A stretch of 64,000 nucleotides of DNA. Origin: Marsupella aquatica. Taxonomy: Eukaryota > Plantae > Marchantiophyta. How positions within the stretch are numbered: the first letter of the stretch is position 1; the number at the start of each line of letters is the position of its first letter. Under the pieces are notes generated by a model. The model worked only from the letters and a program-made list of their open reading frames with translations. It searched no databases and was not told where the DNA came from. A program made the position numbers and the translations under genes. Below, one piece after another: positions 50,280 through 64,000 of the stretch. The DNA is taken from positions 16,581,651 through 16,645,650 of the forward strand of contig OZ316891.1 in NCBI GenBank assembly GCA_973895155.1, read 5' to 3'.

Positions 50280-52316
50280 TGTAAGAAACCATCGGCTCCA
50301 GACTAGATAGCAATGCAAAACATGAGTCTAGACACTCAATCAGACGCTACACCGACGAGACACCCCGAGTGAAGAAACTCCTGAAGGATCCATAGCATAT
50401 GAGAGTACATGTGAAGAATGAGGGAGAGAGTGCTCTCCCTCCAACCTATACCCCTAAAGGGGACCAACTGAAGATGTGTGGGCCTAAAAGAAGTGGGTCT
50501 TATCCTAATGTAATCTAGGGTTAACTAACCCTAGTAAGGCCAAACTAACTAAGTCAGGAACTAGAATCAATTTCTAACAATCTCCACCTTGACTCCAATT
50601 CACACAATGAGTCAAGTGAAACATAATATGTAACTAAGTAACATATCTACATAGTCTCCGGTTTGGCCCTAACATTAATAATATCCACACAATGACTAAA
50701 GCTACTGGTAGGTAAAACTTTGGATGTCTGTCACATTCTCCGTTGAAACCACCTTCTCCAAAAACATTTGCTTTGTCTCAATCACCTCACGGATGAAATG
50801 ATAACGAATATCAATGTGCTTTGTCCTAGCATGGAACACAGGGTACTTAGCCAGATGCAAAACACTTTGACTGTCACAGAGTAGCATTGGTCTTTCAGGT
50901 AAAAGACCTAGATCACTCACCAGTCTCCGTAGCCAGATCAGCTCCTTGGTTGCCTCACAAGCAGCCATGTACTCAGCCTCAGTAGTAGACAACGCAACAC
51001 AAAATTGAGTTGTCAACTTCCAGCTGATATAACCTCCACCTAGCATGAACACATAGCCTGTAGTAGACTTCTAGGATAGCTTACTAGGATTTGTCATAAA
51101 TCTGCTCAAAATGGTAACAACGTAGGCGATGTCAGGTCTAGTGCATGTCATCGCATATATCAAACTACCCACAACACTATCATAGGGAACCTATTTCATC
51201 GCCAATCTATCATTCTCACTAGAAGGGCAATGATTCTTTGAGAGTTTGAAGTGGGAAGCCAATGGAGAACGAACTGGTTTTGCATTCTCTATTCCATACT
51301 TGGTAATTATTTTCTCCAAATATTGCCTTTGAGACAACCATAATTAACTCTGCTCCCTATCACAATGAATCTACATCCCTAGAATCTTCAAGATTGGCTT
51401 GACCCAAGTCCTTCATTGAAAACTCCTTACTCAACATTGCTTTTAGATGGGCAACATCATACTTATTCTTAGCCAGGATCAGCATGTCATCCACGTATAG
51501 TGCCAGCAGAATGTAACCAAAGTGTGAATAATTCTCCACCTCCTTCATGTAAATATATACAACAATCATGTTCACTCCGTGTGAACCCCTGAGACAACAT
51601 GAAGGAATCAAATACTTATTCCGTTGTCTCAGACTCTACTTCAATCTGTATAACGAGCGCAAGAGCTTACACGCCAAGTGTCTAGTCTTCTCGTCGATAA
51701 AATCAGGAGGCTCAGTCATATAAATCTCTACATCAAGCAATCCATACAAGGAAAATAACAATTATATCCATCTGATCTAACTCAAGATCATAGAATGTCA
51801 CAATCGCAAGTAAAATATGGATAGTAACGAGTTTGACAATTGGTGAGAATATCTTCGGGTAGTCCAAGCCCTCTTTTTGGGTGTACCCTTTGGCCACAAG
51901 ACGTGCCTTGTAAATGTCATCCTGCTTCAATCTTCTTATACAACCATGATCTACACGGAACCAGTGTCTTCCCGTGAGGCATGTCAGTTAAGCGTCAAGT
52001 TGAATTCTTCTTCAAAGAATTTATCTCTTTCAACATCGCCTCCATCCACTTATCATTCTCTCGAGAGGCCATAGCTTCTTCATAGCTAGAGGGGTCTCCA
52101 TCTTCAGTGAGCAAAACAACACCGGGAGCATCATCATGCTCAACAACATGAACATGAGGATCTACAAAACCAAATCTATCAGGGGGTTGGCCAAAATTGG
52201 CCCTTGTGGAGCGCCTTGGTTGAGGAAGTGCACCTCTACCAGAGAGACCAGCAACTTCCTTAGCACCACCAAGCTCCACCGTAGTGGGTTCTTCCACCTG
52301 TCCCTCTTGATTATCC

Positions 52317-52790
52317 GAGTAAAATTACATCATCAGTTATCAGTCGTTTCCATTAGTCGACCTGATATCAGTTGCCACATCATCTTAGAGAGGCCTTCAA
52401 GATGCGGCGTCAAAAAAATTGTTCTCCAAATTTAATGAAAAAAAACCTTTTTTGAATTTTTTTCACTATGGGTGTCCGTACCGTACGGACATCACTTCTT
52501 GGCGGGGTCAGCCAAGATGGCCATGTGTCTGTACAGTACAGACACCGAATTTCGTAAAAAAAACATTCAATTTTTTTTTTCGTTTTGAATTTTTCAAGAA
52601 AATATTTTTTGTTTTTTATTTTTTCATTTTTTTGTCCGCACGCTGATCTCGGCGAGGTCAGCTGAGATTGAGTCAATCTCAGCTGCCTAGCTAAGATGCG
52701 TGGAAATGCAAAGTCATCATCTCAGTTGCTCAACTGAGATTCAAAAAAAATTCAGCGGAAAAATTGATAACTAACAATCCTTGCTACCCC
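52317..52790. mobile_element. Mutator-type MITE inserted in copia copy 2
   Basis: 9-bp TSD TGATTATCC (52308-52316, 52791-52799); absent at the equivalent site of copy 1 (~25625); degenerate TIRs G(A/G)GTA...AGTTATCA. Confidence 0.75.
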
Positions 52791-53050
52791 TGATTATCCC
52801 GGGGTCTTGACAATCATTCTTTGTCAAAAACAACATTTTAGCTCACAACTGCCTTGCAATCGACAGGATTTCACAATTTATAGCCCTTTTGCCCAAGACT
52901 CAAGCCTGGAAAAATACATTTCTTAGACTTGGGATCTAACTTAGACTTGTGTGTCTGCTCAATGTGAACATAGGCAGCACAATCAAAAACTTAAAGTCTA
53001 GAGTAATCAACGGGTCTCTTATACCATAACTCAAATGGAGTTTGCATCAA

Positions 53051-54765
53051 AGTGGTGGACCTTGCCACCCAACGCCCTCACCAATCCCAGCACTCACGCC
53101 CAAGTGCCCTGGTGCCCAAACGCCTCCACGGAATACCTTGAGCAAGCAACCTAGTGCCCTTTGCACCACCAGCGGCCCCGCCCATATGAAGCTGCACTTG
53201 CTCTCCAACACAACCGCTACTCTCACTATCTGCACAAGCAACCAAGCACCTCGATAAGTAACCCTTCAGGATCTAGAACTCGCCAAGTCTAGCATCCTAA
53301 CTCAAGCTCAACAGATGTTGGTAATATGTCAACGATAGGTCCTCCCAATGCCATAAGCCGGAACCAGAACTCACACCCACTATTTATCCAGAATAGCTCA
53401 TTCCTTGGGCGCGGCCCGGGTTCCCCCTTGTACCTATCCATCACCAACTGATCGCCCTGACCCCAAGACATGCTCATGGCCCAAATAGCGTAGCTTATCC
53501 TAAAGCTTGTTCCAACACGCCGAGACCAGAATGACCCCGACTCTAGTAACCAACTCCCGGTTCTCGCCCCACTGGTGGTCTAGGGTCCAATCACCCTTGT
53601 AACTCAACCCACCTACTTGGCCTTGCCTCCCCAATGCAAGCTCCTTTGGGAGACTGAACGCGGCTTGGTTGCTGTTCGACAGGATTTGGCAAGCGGACGA
53701 GCTAAAACCCGCAAACCTTGAGAACCCATGGCGCCCCTAGACCCAAATGAGCTCAAGAGGACGTAGCCCTCCTTGAGAGCTTTCCAACGCACCCAAGAAG
53801 TCCTCCAACGGACTTCCCATTGGGAAGATATTGTCGTTTTTGTTTGGCGCTTTCCCTTAGTGTCGCACCCGTCGCGGCTCACGACTTCGGCTCGCCCTTA
53901 GCCCCCAGGGAGACATCACTCCCCTCATATATGCTTATGGAGACCTGCCACCCCCAGACCAGATGGTCCCTAAACTTTTGGCCTCCAACCCGGATCCTAT
54001 CGCGCATATTGGGCGCACCACCAACTGGCAACGCCCATAACTTTCTTGTTAGGCATCCGCAAGTGGAGTGCCTTAGCCCGTTGTGATCGGGCCGACCCAG
54101 TGCTCATGCCTAGGCCCTCAAGTCTCATTGCCGCTCGGGGCCCTGACCGGCCCAACCCGGATCAGGCCATAACTTGCACCCCAAGAGTCCGTTGCCCATG
54201 GCGTCAACTCCATTGGCCTTGGGCCCAAGAGGAGCTCACACTCAAGCCCTCTAAATCAAAGTCCATCCAGGGGTCTTGATGGATGACCTTGAGCCCGGCC
54301 CATTTTCCCCTAGACCCGACCAGCTCTCGGCTAGCCTAAGTCCTTAGTGTGTGTCACCAGCTTGGCTCTTTGCCTTCGCTAGTGCCATGTCTCGTTGCCC
54401 AAGGAAGGGGTTGTTCTAGACGAACAATGGGCGTGGGTTCTAATTCCAGCTTATGGCATCGGGAGGACCTATCGCTGACCTATTTACCAACGTCTGTTGA
54501 GCTTGAGTTAGGATGCTAGACTTGGCGAGTTCTAGACCTGAGGGGTTACTTACCGAGGTGCTTGGTTGCTTGTGCAGATAGTGAGGACCGTTGAGTAGCG
54601 GTCGTGTAGGCGAGCAAGTGCGACTTTGTATGGGAGGGGCCGTTGGCGATGCAAGGGGCACTAGGGTGCTTGCTCGAGGTATTCTGTGGAGGCGTTTGTG
54701 CACCAGGAGCACTTAGGCGCGAGTGCTGGGATTGATGAGAGCGTTGGGTGGCAAGGTCCACCACT
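53051..54765. mobile_element. Gypsy LTR foldback: nearly full LTR on - (53051-54401) joined to an LTR 3' fragment on + (54398-54765)
   Basis: Both ends are the LTR 3' terminus (AGTGGTGGACC...GGTCCACCACT); CCCA microhomology at the junction. Confidence 0.85.
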
Positions 54766-56390
54766 TAGATGAAGGTCAATAGAAAAAAATAGTATTATCT
54801 CAATAGTGGTGGTAAAGAGTTTTAGATAGGTGTCAACTAATGATTGATCAAATCAAGCAATAGGAAATGCCTAAAATTGTTACATGGTCACAAAAAAAAA
54901 TATCTTTGAGGAAAATTTCAATATAAGTCAAAAAAATAAAAATAAAAGATTCTAAAAATTGTAAGGAAAGTTATGAAAACAATAAGGAATGCCCAAAATT
55001 GCTACATGGTTACAACAACAAAATAATGAAGAAAAAATCTCAACAAAATGATACTTCGAATCCAAGTAGTACTAAGCCAGGGAAAAAGATAATTAAATAT
55101 TTCAATGGATGGACTAGAAGTCAATTAGCTAGCATGAAGATGATTTTTAGTCTAGTTAGATCTTTTAAAGGTTGCACCATCATTAAAAGAGAGAGACAAA
55201 TTAGAGGTCAACTAGCTAACTTAAGAATAATTACGATTAGCCTAAACTTGCTAAGAATGATTTTTGACCTTAGACGTACTATGACAATGTTTGGATTCAA
55301 TTTGAGTGGATGTCATAGGGCACCAACCATATAAATAAGAGGGAGTGGAGACTCACTTCCTCACTTGCTTATTAGTTGCTCACTTGCTTGCTTTCTTAGA
55401 GGGGCGTCACTGATTGGGACTCAAGAAAGGAGGAGTGATGATTAGTGAAAAGTCAGAGTGTGTGGCACCTTGGGAGTTAGGAGTTAGTGTTCATGAAAGA
55501 CTCTAGTATTGAAGACCTTGGATGGAGCCCAAGCTTGTACTAAGTTTACTTGATATAAACCTGTGTTTTCCTTCCTTGTACACTTTTATTCTAAATTGTG
55601 AAGAGAGTGTACTTTTTTCGAGTGACATGTTTTGACGATTTTCTTTTAACATTTTTTTCTGACATTTTTTATAAGGAGTACTTTGGTGAAAAAAATTTGT
55701 TTACCAAATAGCGTTGGAGTACATTACCAAGATTTTTTGGGGAAGAAATGATGTGATTGTATGCTCGATGGTGTTGTTTGGCCAAGCACTAGGTACACCA
55801 AGTGGAAATTTTATCTTTGTTTGAGGTTTTGAAGCCAAACTTTGGTGATCAAGTTTTGGTTGATCAAGAAGGGAGTGAGTTGTAGTATGGGCAAAGATTC
55901 CTATGGTGAGTCTTGATATGACTATTGGCAAGAGGCAATTGATCGATCACTAGCAAATCAAAATGACGCTTCCATTTTTTTGTGGTTAGACAATTAGAAG
56001 TTGTGTAGGCTGACTTGTTGGATGGTAGCCTAACATGACAACCCACGGTGGTGATAGCCCGTGGTGGTTCTAACATTGGTTGGTGCAGGGTGACCAGTTA
56101 TAGAGATTAGAAGTTTTCTTTATGGATTTTTCTTTTGGCGATGGAAATAAAATCATCTAATGCAAGTTTGGATTTTATATAAGATTACTAATGTGGTGGC
56201 AGCCAATGATAGTCTTGTAATTATTTGGAATACTAAAATCTGTGATATGTGTGAAGATTTAGTTTTCCTAAAGATAGATGTATTGTGAGTGCTAATTTCC
56301 AAGATTACATATCTTCTGAGAACCCAAAACGATAATGGATTGTGTTTTGTGAGTGAAATAAATTAAGTATGTGTTAGGTCCCAAAGCATA
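54766..56390 (+). mobile_element. Unclassified decayed repeat, probably an LTR retroelement fragment
   Basis: Interrupts copia copy 2; TATA-like ATATAAATAAGAGGG near 55329 followed by a decayed coding-like segment. Confidence 0.3.
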
Positions 56391-57138
56391 GGTCTGACAC
56401 TTATCTGACTAAACACACTTCAACTCCTTTTCAATTTGTAGCTCCACCATGGATTTTCACTCCTTGAAGATCTCAAATACTTGAGATTTCGCTTTCATGT
56501 AGTATAGCCAACACATTCCAGAGTAATCATCTACAAACGTCATAAAATATTTGGCTCCATCCAATGACGGCTCCAACGCTGGACCCCAAACATTCAAATA
56601 TACATACTCAAGAATCTCATGAGAATGGTATGAACTAGAACTGAAACTCGCTCTCATATGTTTGCCAAAGATGCAATCTTCACCAAAAGAAAGTTTACCA
56701 AATTTTGCCCCTTGCAACAAATCTTTGTTTGCCAAGGCTACCAATCCTTTATTACTCAAGTGCCCCAACTGTGCATGCCACAAATCTATGGCTTGTGTGC
56801 AACCAGATGTTGAGGGTGCTTCAATTGAAGCAGCCAAAGATGACTCTGCAGTAGATATTGCCACTACATCCAAACGTTCCACCATAGAATCCGAATGCTC
56901 CACTCTAGGAGCAATGACATCTCCTTGCAAGATGTACAAATTATTCTGCCATAGCACCTTAATCAAAGATACATCATCTTTGATGACAAAGAGCACACCA
57001 TCACGTGCAATGAAATGAGATCCACCAGCTTCCAAAGCACCAAAAGAAATCAAACTTTTAGATATGTTTGGTATGTGCCTGACTCCTATCAATGCTCGCA
57101 CAACACCATCAAACATCTGGAATTTGATAGTCCCCATG

Positions 57139-58211
57139 TGTCGCACCAAAAGATCTATCCTTACACGGATTTTGGCTTAGGTTGGCATAAGCTTCGTTAG
57201 TATTGAGGGTTCGGGCAAGGAGGGATGTGCAAATTCTACTTATTCCCATAAACTAGTGCTAAGAGCGCCCGATTATACATACACATTTACCATAGGTATA
57301 TTTTGTGTTCCGCCGCCGGAATGTACCTTAAATTGATAGCTTGATCAACCCCAGCTTAAGGACTTCTAAGCCTTTGTGTTGTCCGCCTTTGATCTGGATC
57401 CGATGATACGGGTATCCAACCCGGACTTGCAACCACTATTCGCAACTGACATCCCGTGCACAGCTTGCATAATGCGTTTGACCAAGCGTTGTTTATCCGT
57501 ATACGAGATTTACAACTGTGATTGGATTTCACAACATACAATCCCAATTTACACGAAGGAAATGGTGGGGAAAAGACTTTACTTCAAAATCCCTCATACA
57601 CATACACACGGTTGACTCGACTTCTTTTGAACTAGTAGGTCCAACGGCAACAAGCTATACACTACAAGGGAGCCCAGCGCCACACTCGCCCGGTGAGATT
57701 AGTTGTACATTCACCCCTTGGTGCTCTCTGTTCACGAAGGCCAGGGTTCCCTGCACATCCTACAAATACCCAATTATGAAACTAAAATCCGCCCTTGCCT
57801 CTACCGGGGGATGCACTAGAAACTATCTAAGGGCTGCGGCCATAAATGGCCACTACGCCAATTCTAACCTATCCTAGATTTCTCTAACTGATTGATCGTA
57901 AAACGATGCGTCCTATCCTAAGATTCTGCGCTAAGTGGGGTCAGCCAGATAAGGCAGTGCCACTAACTAGTTTTGGCGTTTGTCTCTAGCGGCCAACCTC
58001 CCTATCTAATCCAATCGCTACTCTAAACCTACCCTGCCGCTAATAACTGTTTGATCGTAAAACGATGCGTCCTATCCTAAGATTCTGCGCTAAGTGGGGT
58101 CAGCCGGATAAGGCAGTGCCACTAACTAGTTTTGGCGTTTGTCTCTAGCGGCCAACCTCCCTGTCTAATCCAATCGCTACTCTAAATCTACCCCGCCGCT
58201 AATGTCTGACA
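57139..58211. mobile_element. LTR-like sequence (TGTC...GACA) with an internal 159-bp tandem duplication (57885-58203)
   Basis: Starts exactly where copia homology stops; 4-bp inverted ends; duplication directly visible; no TSD. Confidence 0.5.
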
Positions 58212-59747
58212 CGCTTGCCAGACCCATCCGAGTTGGACCTGGAAAGATTGTCCTGCTGTCTCCTCAAATGGTCTACGTCTTGCTTGAGGAGCTGGACTTG
58301 ATCCAAGAGAGACTTGTCCATCTCCTCCTGACACGACTCTTCCAAGTGTTGGGGGTCGCTTGTCAGTTGTGCCCCTAGTTGGTCTTATTTTGTGGCTTCT
58401 TGTAAAAGCCATGCCACCTCCGCCTTTAGGGCGTCCACCTCTGCTGTAATACAGTACATTAGTTAGAAATGATAGAAAAATTATAAATTTTGAACTTTTT
58501 CTAACTCAAAGGTGTAGTATAGTTACTTTTTGTAGCAATTTAGACCAACTGAATACTTTACCTAATGTCATGCTACACCGGAGACTACTTCCTGTTCTGG
58601 ATCTTGAACGATAGCGGAAGTCTTTACCATTCTATCGGCATCACACTCAAGACATGGATGTAATTCAAGAAGCTATACAAGAGAATACCTACACAAGAGT
58701 TCAACAACCAGATCAGACAGCACTACTCCAACAAGATTAGTTCTCCTACGACAATAGTAAAGACCAGCCGATCTCCGCACTTTTAGTTAAATAGTTAAAG
58801 TAGTTAGAAAATTTAGAAAAGTCTCATACTTTTTCAGGAGATAACATTCAGTTTAGAAGTTATAGAATTTTAAGTTTTGCAGTGGCGTGAGTGCGCAAAG
58901 GCCAACGGCGCTACTACTCCAAAGCGCAAAGGCGCAACGGCGCTTCCGACACTTAGAAAATTTTCCGGAAAAGTGTATTTTATATCCAACAACACTTTTC
59001 ACCTATTTTATTAAGGCATTTAGACACCTCAGAAAAGTCTGAAATTTTGCCAGCATGTATGTAAATCTTCCACCTAGAAAAGTTTCACTTCATTCTGACC
59101 TTTATGTTAGAAATTAAAATTCAGACAACGTTGTTATTTGTCAGTTTTACAGCAAAAGTGTCAAAACACTTTCACTCCTGTTTACACTAAGGATCACTTT
59201 TGATTAGTTTTTCATTCCAGGAGCATTCTAGTGAACCTTGAGTACTCTTATAACATATTTTCATACTTTTAAACTTTAGTTTATGACCCTTAAGATATGA
59301 AAGGGCATGTCCTTTCATTATCTCTTTTCCCTTTAATTAGCTCCTGCTAGCCTATATGTAATAGACTTTATGTCACTTTTTGTGTGAAGGAATTTCATGA
59401 GCGCTTATTTGCAAGATTGCAACTTTGTTACCTCCACCTTGTAAACAAAACTCCATTGCATATGAGTACTTAATACAAAGGATTTTTTCTCCTTCCTTGT
59501 GTTTGAATGTTGAGATTTTAGACCAAAGAAGTAAAACTTTGTGATTGATGAATCTTTTGAATGTGTGGAGATAGATTCCTTAATTGGTGAAGGCTATACA
59601 TTCTTGAGTTCTTGATGCATATGTTTTTGGCATAACATTGCTTGTGCACGAGTCTTTCATAAGTGCTAAATCATAGAAAATCATTCCTTACATGTTCTTC
59701 CATGGGAACGAATACCGAGTTTGGATCTTAAATATTTATTTATGTCC

Positions 59748-62300
59748 CTAGTGTGATACTACATCTGCTACAACTCTCTGAGCCCGAGAGTCGGCCTCCT
59801 TCGCGTCCTTCTGCCAAGTGATAGCTTGTCCCTTCAAGCTATCAATCCGTGTCCAAAGCCGCGCGATCTCAGCATCCTTTCCGGCTCCAGCTTGTGCGGC
59901 CAAGGTTGTCTTGGCTTTGGCTTCAGTGATTTGGGCCAAGGTTGTCTTGGCTTTGGCTTCAGTGATTTGGGCCAAGGCGGTCGCAAGTTGGGGCAGTAGA
60001 AGTTGGAGCTCGGCTTCTCGGGCTAAGGCTTCATTTAACAGTTGGGTTGCTTCATCCCAATACTGTTCTATATCCTCCTTGCAACTTTGGACTGGGCATG
60101 CCCTGCCTTTACTGCTGCAACCAGTTCTTGGCTAAAGAAGTAAGCCATCTTATGGGCCATAAACACCTTCATATCTCGACCGACTTTCATGGAGAAGTTG
60201 TCGAGCAACCCATTCAAATATGTACCTGGTCCAAAGAATTATGGGTTCACCAGGTCATGCTTGCTAGGGTTTGGGCAAGGGCCTCCCTCTATCTGGGTGG
60301 GGGTTGGGGTAGACAAATACAGGTTTAGGGTGACAAGGATAGGGACAAATGGATCTGATGAGGAGGAGGGCTCTATTGGGGAGGGTATAGCGATGGAGAT
60401 AGGAAACGGGTAAACAGGAAATTTGTTTCCTGTTTTTAATATGTTGTTATCAACAAAAAATCATTGTTACCTAAAAAAATGACAATTTAAAAATGTCTCC
60501 TAGCAGGTCTCATTTTCCAAAAAAATTAACAATACAACATTTTTGGCTAACTTTGAGCGCTACTATTACCAGCGTCGGACTCTAGCAAAAAGAATTGTTG
60601 AAAAAAGGAACTTTTTTTTTCTCCAAAAAAAATTCCAAAAAAATTGTCACCCATTTTCCTGTTACCAGCTTCTATTATTATTAACTCATGTTTTCTGCGG
60701 GGTTTTTTGTTTTACTATCTTTCCTCCGCGATGAGGGCCTTTGGCTCTAGGTTAGCTACTACGGGGTTGATCGCGATGGTTGCCCAAGCTTAGTTCTGTG
60801 CGTCCAAGGCTGCGATGGCTGCTGTATTCGGCAAGGAAGCTGAAGCCCCCCAGTTGACTTTGGGGTCAGAGTGGGGATGGGGGCCACGGGTGCTAGGCTT
60901 TGGGCCTTGGGTTGGGCTCTTCTCTCTTGAGCTGGAAAAACCCATCTGGCCAGGATGATCTCGGGCTCATTGCACTGGAGAAGCATTCGGCAATCAAAAC
61001 GGACGTACCACTCCATGATAATTTTTATGTGGCTAGCCAAGTACGCCTTTCCCTCAAGGAACAAGGCCATCCTTTGTCGCTCCATCTCCTTGTGGAACTT
61101 CTTGACAAAGAACGAAGCCCACTTCCTAGGCCGATAATTCTTTACTTGAATTATCTGGGCAGCGGATATCTCTCCCCATGGTTCCATCACATGGAGCGCA
61201 TAACGCTGAAACTCAAGCCGCTCTGCCACCTCCGGGATGATACAAGTCCGCATACAAGTTGAGAAGCCGTTGTCAACTGACCCCTTGGGCAGGAAGCTAG
61301 ACAAATTATACTTGGCTCCCTTGCCCCCTGGCGCTTGTGATTCTACCCAATTTTTTCCCTCTGGTAAGCCAAAGATGAGCTTAACCGTGCCTCATTTCAG
61401 GACAGCACTCGTCCTTGCTCACGGGTCTCTTGGCGGGCTTTGTTGAAGTTCTAAATGAACTCCGTCATGTCCTGTCCGTAGTACCTGCATGTGTTCCAAG
61501 GGAGAGCATAGAGGTGTTTGAACCCTTGGGTCTTCAAGTAACATGCATGCTTTGGGTGAAGAATGTTTTTGTGGATATTCTCCCCCATTTGATGCATGGT
61601 CAATTTTGTCACCGCGATGGTGGCTACGGGTAAGCCCGCTACTGAGGCTGGCTCCTTCTGCTTCTTACCCCAAGAATGGTTCTTGGGGTGGCTTGTGGAG
61701 GGGGGAAACTCTGTCTTCCCTCTCCAATGGAGACAGTATTGCCACCATTGTTAAAACTGGCACCGGGGCTGCAACCGTGACCATGTTGTCCATCAAGGCT
61801 GTCCCTCGGGTTTGGGCTTGCTGAGACAAAGGCACGGTACCTGCCATGTGTCAATGGGTACCTAGTGGGTTACGAACAAGGGGAGGAGCCTCCTCATCCT
61901 CTGAGCTTAGGTTGATTGCGTTAACCACAAATTGCACCCGAGTGGACAATGCAACCGGTGGTGGGGAGCGGCTTGAGGGAGCCCAGAGTGGCGGGTGCGC
62001 CTGTCCTTGCCCAAGAAGGTTGGTTGTTGGTGCCACTGGAGTAGGTGCCATGGGAGCGGACGTTGAGCCGTAGACAAGGCCGAGCCAGAGCTAGGTTAGT
62101 TGAGGGATTGTGCTTTAGAGAATATGGCGTCAAAATGGTGTCATTGTAAGTCTATTGTCCTGGGGATCTTGAACACCTTGTCAAGGAGGCAAAGGATGGC
62201 TTCTCCAAAGCCGATGTACTTTTCCCCATCAAAGAAGAATTTGGTGATTTGTTCGTCCCTGCAATACTTGTTTTTGAACCAAAATCGATGATCTAGTGGT
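59748..62300 (-). pseudogene. Decayed retroelement-type accessory ORF remnants (coiled-coil and Pro-rich segments)
   Basis: ORFs 60759-61304 and 59748-59975 (the latter with a 36-bp duplication, LAQITEAKAKTT x2); no recognisable enzyme motif. Confidence 0.35.
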
Positions 62301-62736
62301 GACAGCCTAGCAAGCGAGTGCGTCGTTCAAAATGCTTCTCAACTTTGTACCTTTGCGGGTTGGTTGTAGCTAGCAAGGCGACAAGATGGCCTTGTATTGA
62401 AAGAAACTGGTACCAAAACCGGATAGCTTAGGAGGAACTGAGAGGAACTGAGAGGGCGGGAGGGCGGAGCGAACTCGAAGGTGTGGCTATGGTTGCCTGA
62501 CTTCCCTGGACTCACCAACACGCTCACACTACCATTTTGATCATTTTATAGGGCGCTGACTCCTAGCGTGGACCTTGATATCGGAGGCGTTGCAACTTGC
62601 TTGGACATTGGTGGTCGGAAGTGCCACAGAGAGGAATCGAATTAGCTGGAGCACTTCACATTTGTGAATGGAGGCCTGCAATAATTGAACTCGGCCTGCA
62701 AGGTGAGTAGGTTGCTAAGCGTCACGACTAGAACAG

Positions 62737-64000
62737 ATGGATCCTTTTAGCGGGGTGGGACCGCGGATGCGAACTGGCTATGGTCGTGGCCCCGGGCGGG
62801 GATCATCACTATCGTTGGCTATGGGGTCTTTTCATTGGGATCGATCGTTGGCCCAGGGAGGAGATGGACGGGATCCCTCCGCTCTAGGTGCCAGACAAAT
62901 TGAAGAGGAAGAAGGAGGGCAACGGGCTGGGGAGCGTTCTGGTAGCACTAGGTTCTCCCTGCAAGACGTGAGGGGCGGGCCTAAGTCTGCCCCTTTTGAT
63001 CTGTTTGGCACTGCTGACGGTAGCAAAACAACTACAGATAAAGGCAACAGGCCTAGCAACAGAAAGTTTATCCCACGCTCTGGACCTTCATGGGCAGATC
63101 AGATGGACCTAGATATACAAGAGGCTGAGGAAGTGGTGGAACTTGAGCTACAGGCTCATTCCTTGAGACCTAAGTCGCCTGCAAGGGGGCGTGGGGCACT
63201 TGGGAACTTAGCGCCTGGTGATGCTCCGGTACGTAATGCTGCTGGCCCCAAGAGAGGGACGAGGCCCTCCACGATAGATGCACAGGGTTCTCAGAGGGAG
63301 GCTGTAGGCCTTGATCACCAGACGGAGCACAGACCACGACAAAGCAATCGGCAGCCACAACACGTTAATGCAGCCAGAACTCAACATACAAATGAGGATG
63401 ACTTTGCTGGGTTATCTGATGAACTACCAAATACCTGTTTGGAAATGCTACGTAAAATTGCCATCAGCTCCACTGGCGATTGGCCTAACACGCTTCACAC
63501 CAAGATTCAGTGGTCTATAGAGGAGGCTACTCTCTCTATTACAAAACTATACAACTGCACAATGATGTGCTATTTCACTGATCGCCCACCACTACTACCG
63601 GTCTTCAGGGACTGGGCTGAATCGGTTTTTAATCGTGACTTAGGCTGGCCGATAACTCAGATCAAATTTGCTGGTATGAATTTTTATGTGATCACGTTTG
63701 AATTCTAAGAGCATCGAGATGCTGCTTTGGAACTGGCCCCCTTCTTCATGGACCGGAAATTTGTATTTACTTTTCCTTGGGACCCATCGTTTGATGCAAG
63801 TAGTGATTCATACACGAAATTGCCAGTCTGGATCGAGCTACCATTTCGAGCACTAGTACTGGAGGGATGCAGGAAACGAATAGCCGAGTCATTTGGGAAG
63901 GTTCTATACTACATACAGGGTGACAAGCGCAACTCTTTCCCCCATGACAGGGCTTGTATATTGTGGGACACCAGCCGAGAAGTACCACACTGCGTTGGAG
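62737..64000 (+). mobile_element. L1-clade LINE ORF1 (DUF4283-like), running off the window; same family as 14014-18050
   Basis: 323-aa ORF, then a stop at 63706 and in-frame continuation ..APFFMDRKFVFTFPWDPSFD..LPVWIELPF..SFGKVLYY..HDRACILWD. Confidence 0.85.

Larger units (their letters stand above)
50280..57138 (-). mobile_element. Ty1/copia copy 2 (same family as copy 1), decayed and 5'-truncated, with nested insertions; 3' LTR at 50280-50579
   Basis: LTR and PPT match 23481-23788; RNase H/RT at 50650-53050 and integrase region at 56395-57138 align to copy 1 with many stops and indels. Confidence 0.9.

Noticed and set aside
53051-54765. DIRS/Ngaro tyrosine-recombinase element, suggested by the inverted terminal repeats
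   Set aside because: The repeats are LTR pieces of an element that has a tRNA PBS, an aspartic protease and a TSD; no tyrosine recombinase motif was seen

Overview
Eukaryotic, intron-containing, transposon-dense plant DNA. The element and gene types suggest a bryophyte such as a liverwort, but this is an inference. Two probable host genes sit among nested mobile elements. One is a 3-exon small putative plastid protein (4889-6245, -). The other is a long multi-exon tandem-BRCT + BAH protein (~37949-46104, -). Retroelements: a Ty3/gypsy family whose LTR 3' ends all read ...CACT instead of ...CA, two L1-type LINEs, an RTE-X-like LINE tail with a 31-bp TSD, and two Ty1/copia copies. One copia copy is broken by a base-precise 3.9-kb inversion. 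Several MITE-like inserts and a CACTA end are also present. The most interesting region is a degenerate Mutator-like (MULE/SWIM) DNA transposon at ~27.5-37 kb. Divergent from its transposase it carries a spliced gene fusing a ParB-like domain (DGNHR) to an amino-methyltransferase (N4C/N6A, beta-order) fold with a non-canonical catalytic motif. A 16-bp palindrome, CTAGCRA-NN-TYGCTAG, recurs in its introns and intergenic DNA. A second partial copy of the MTase-like gene lies at ~18-20.5 kb. All domain calls are by eye from motifs; no database search was run.
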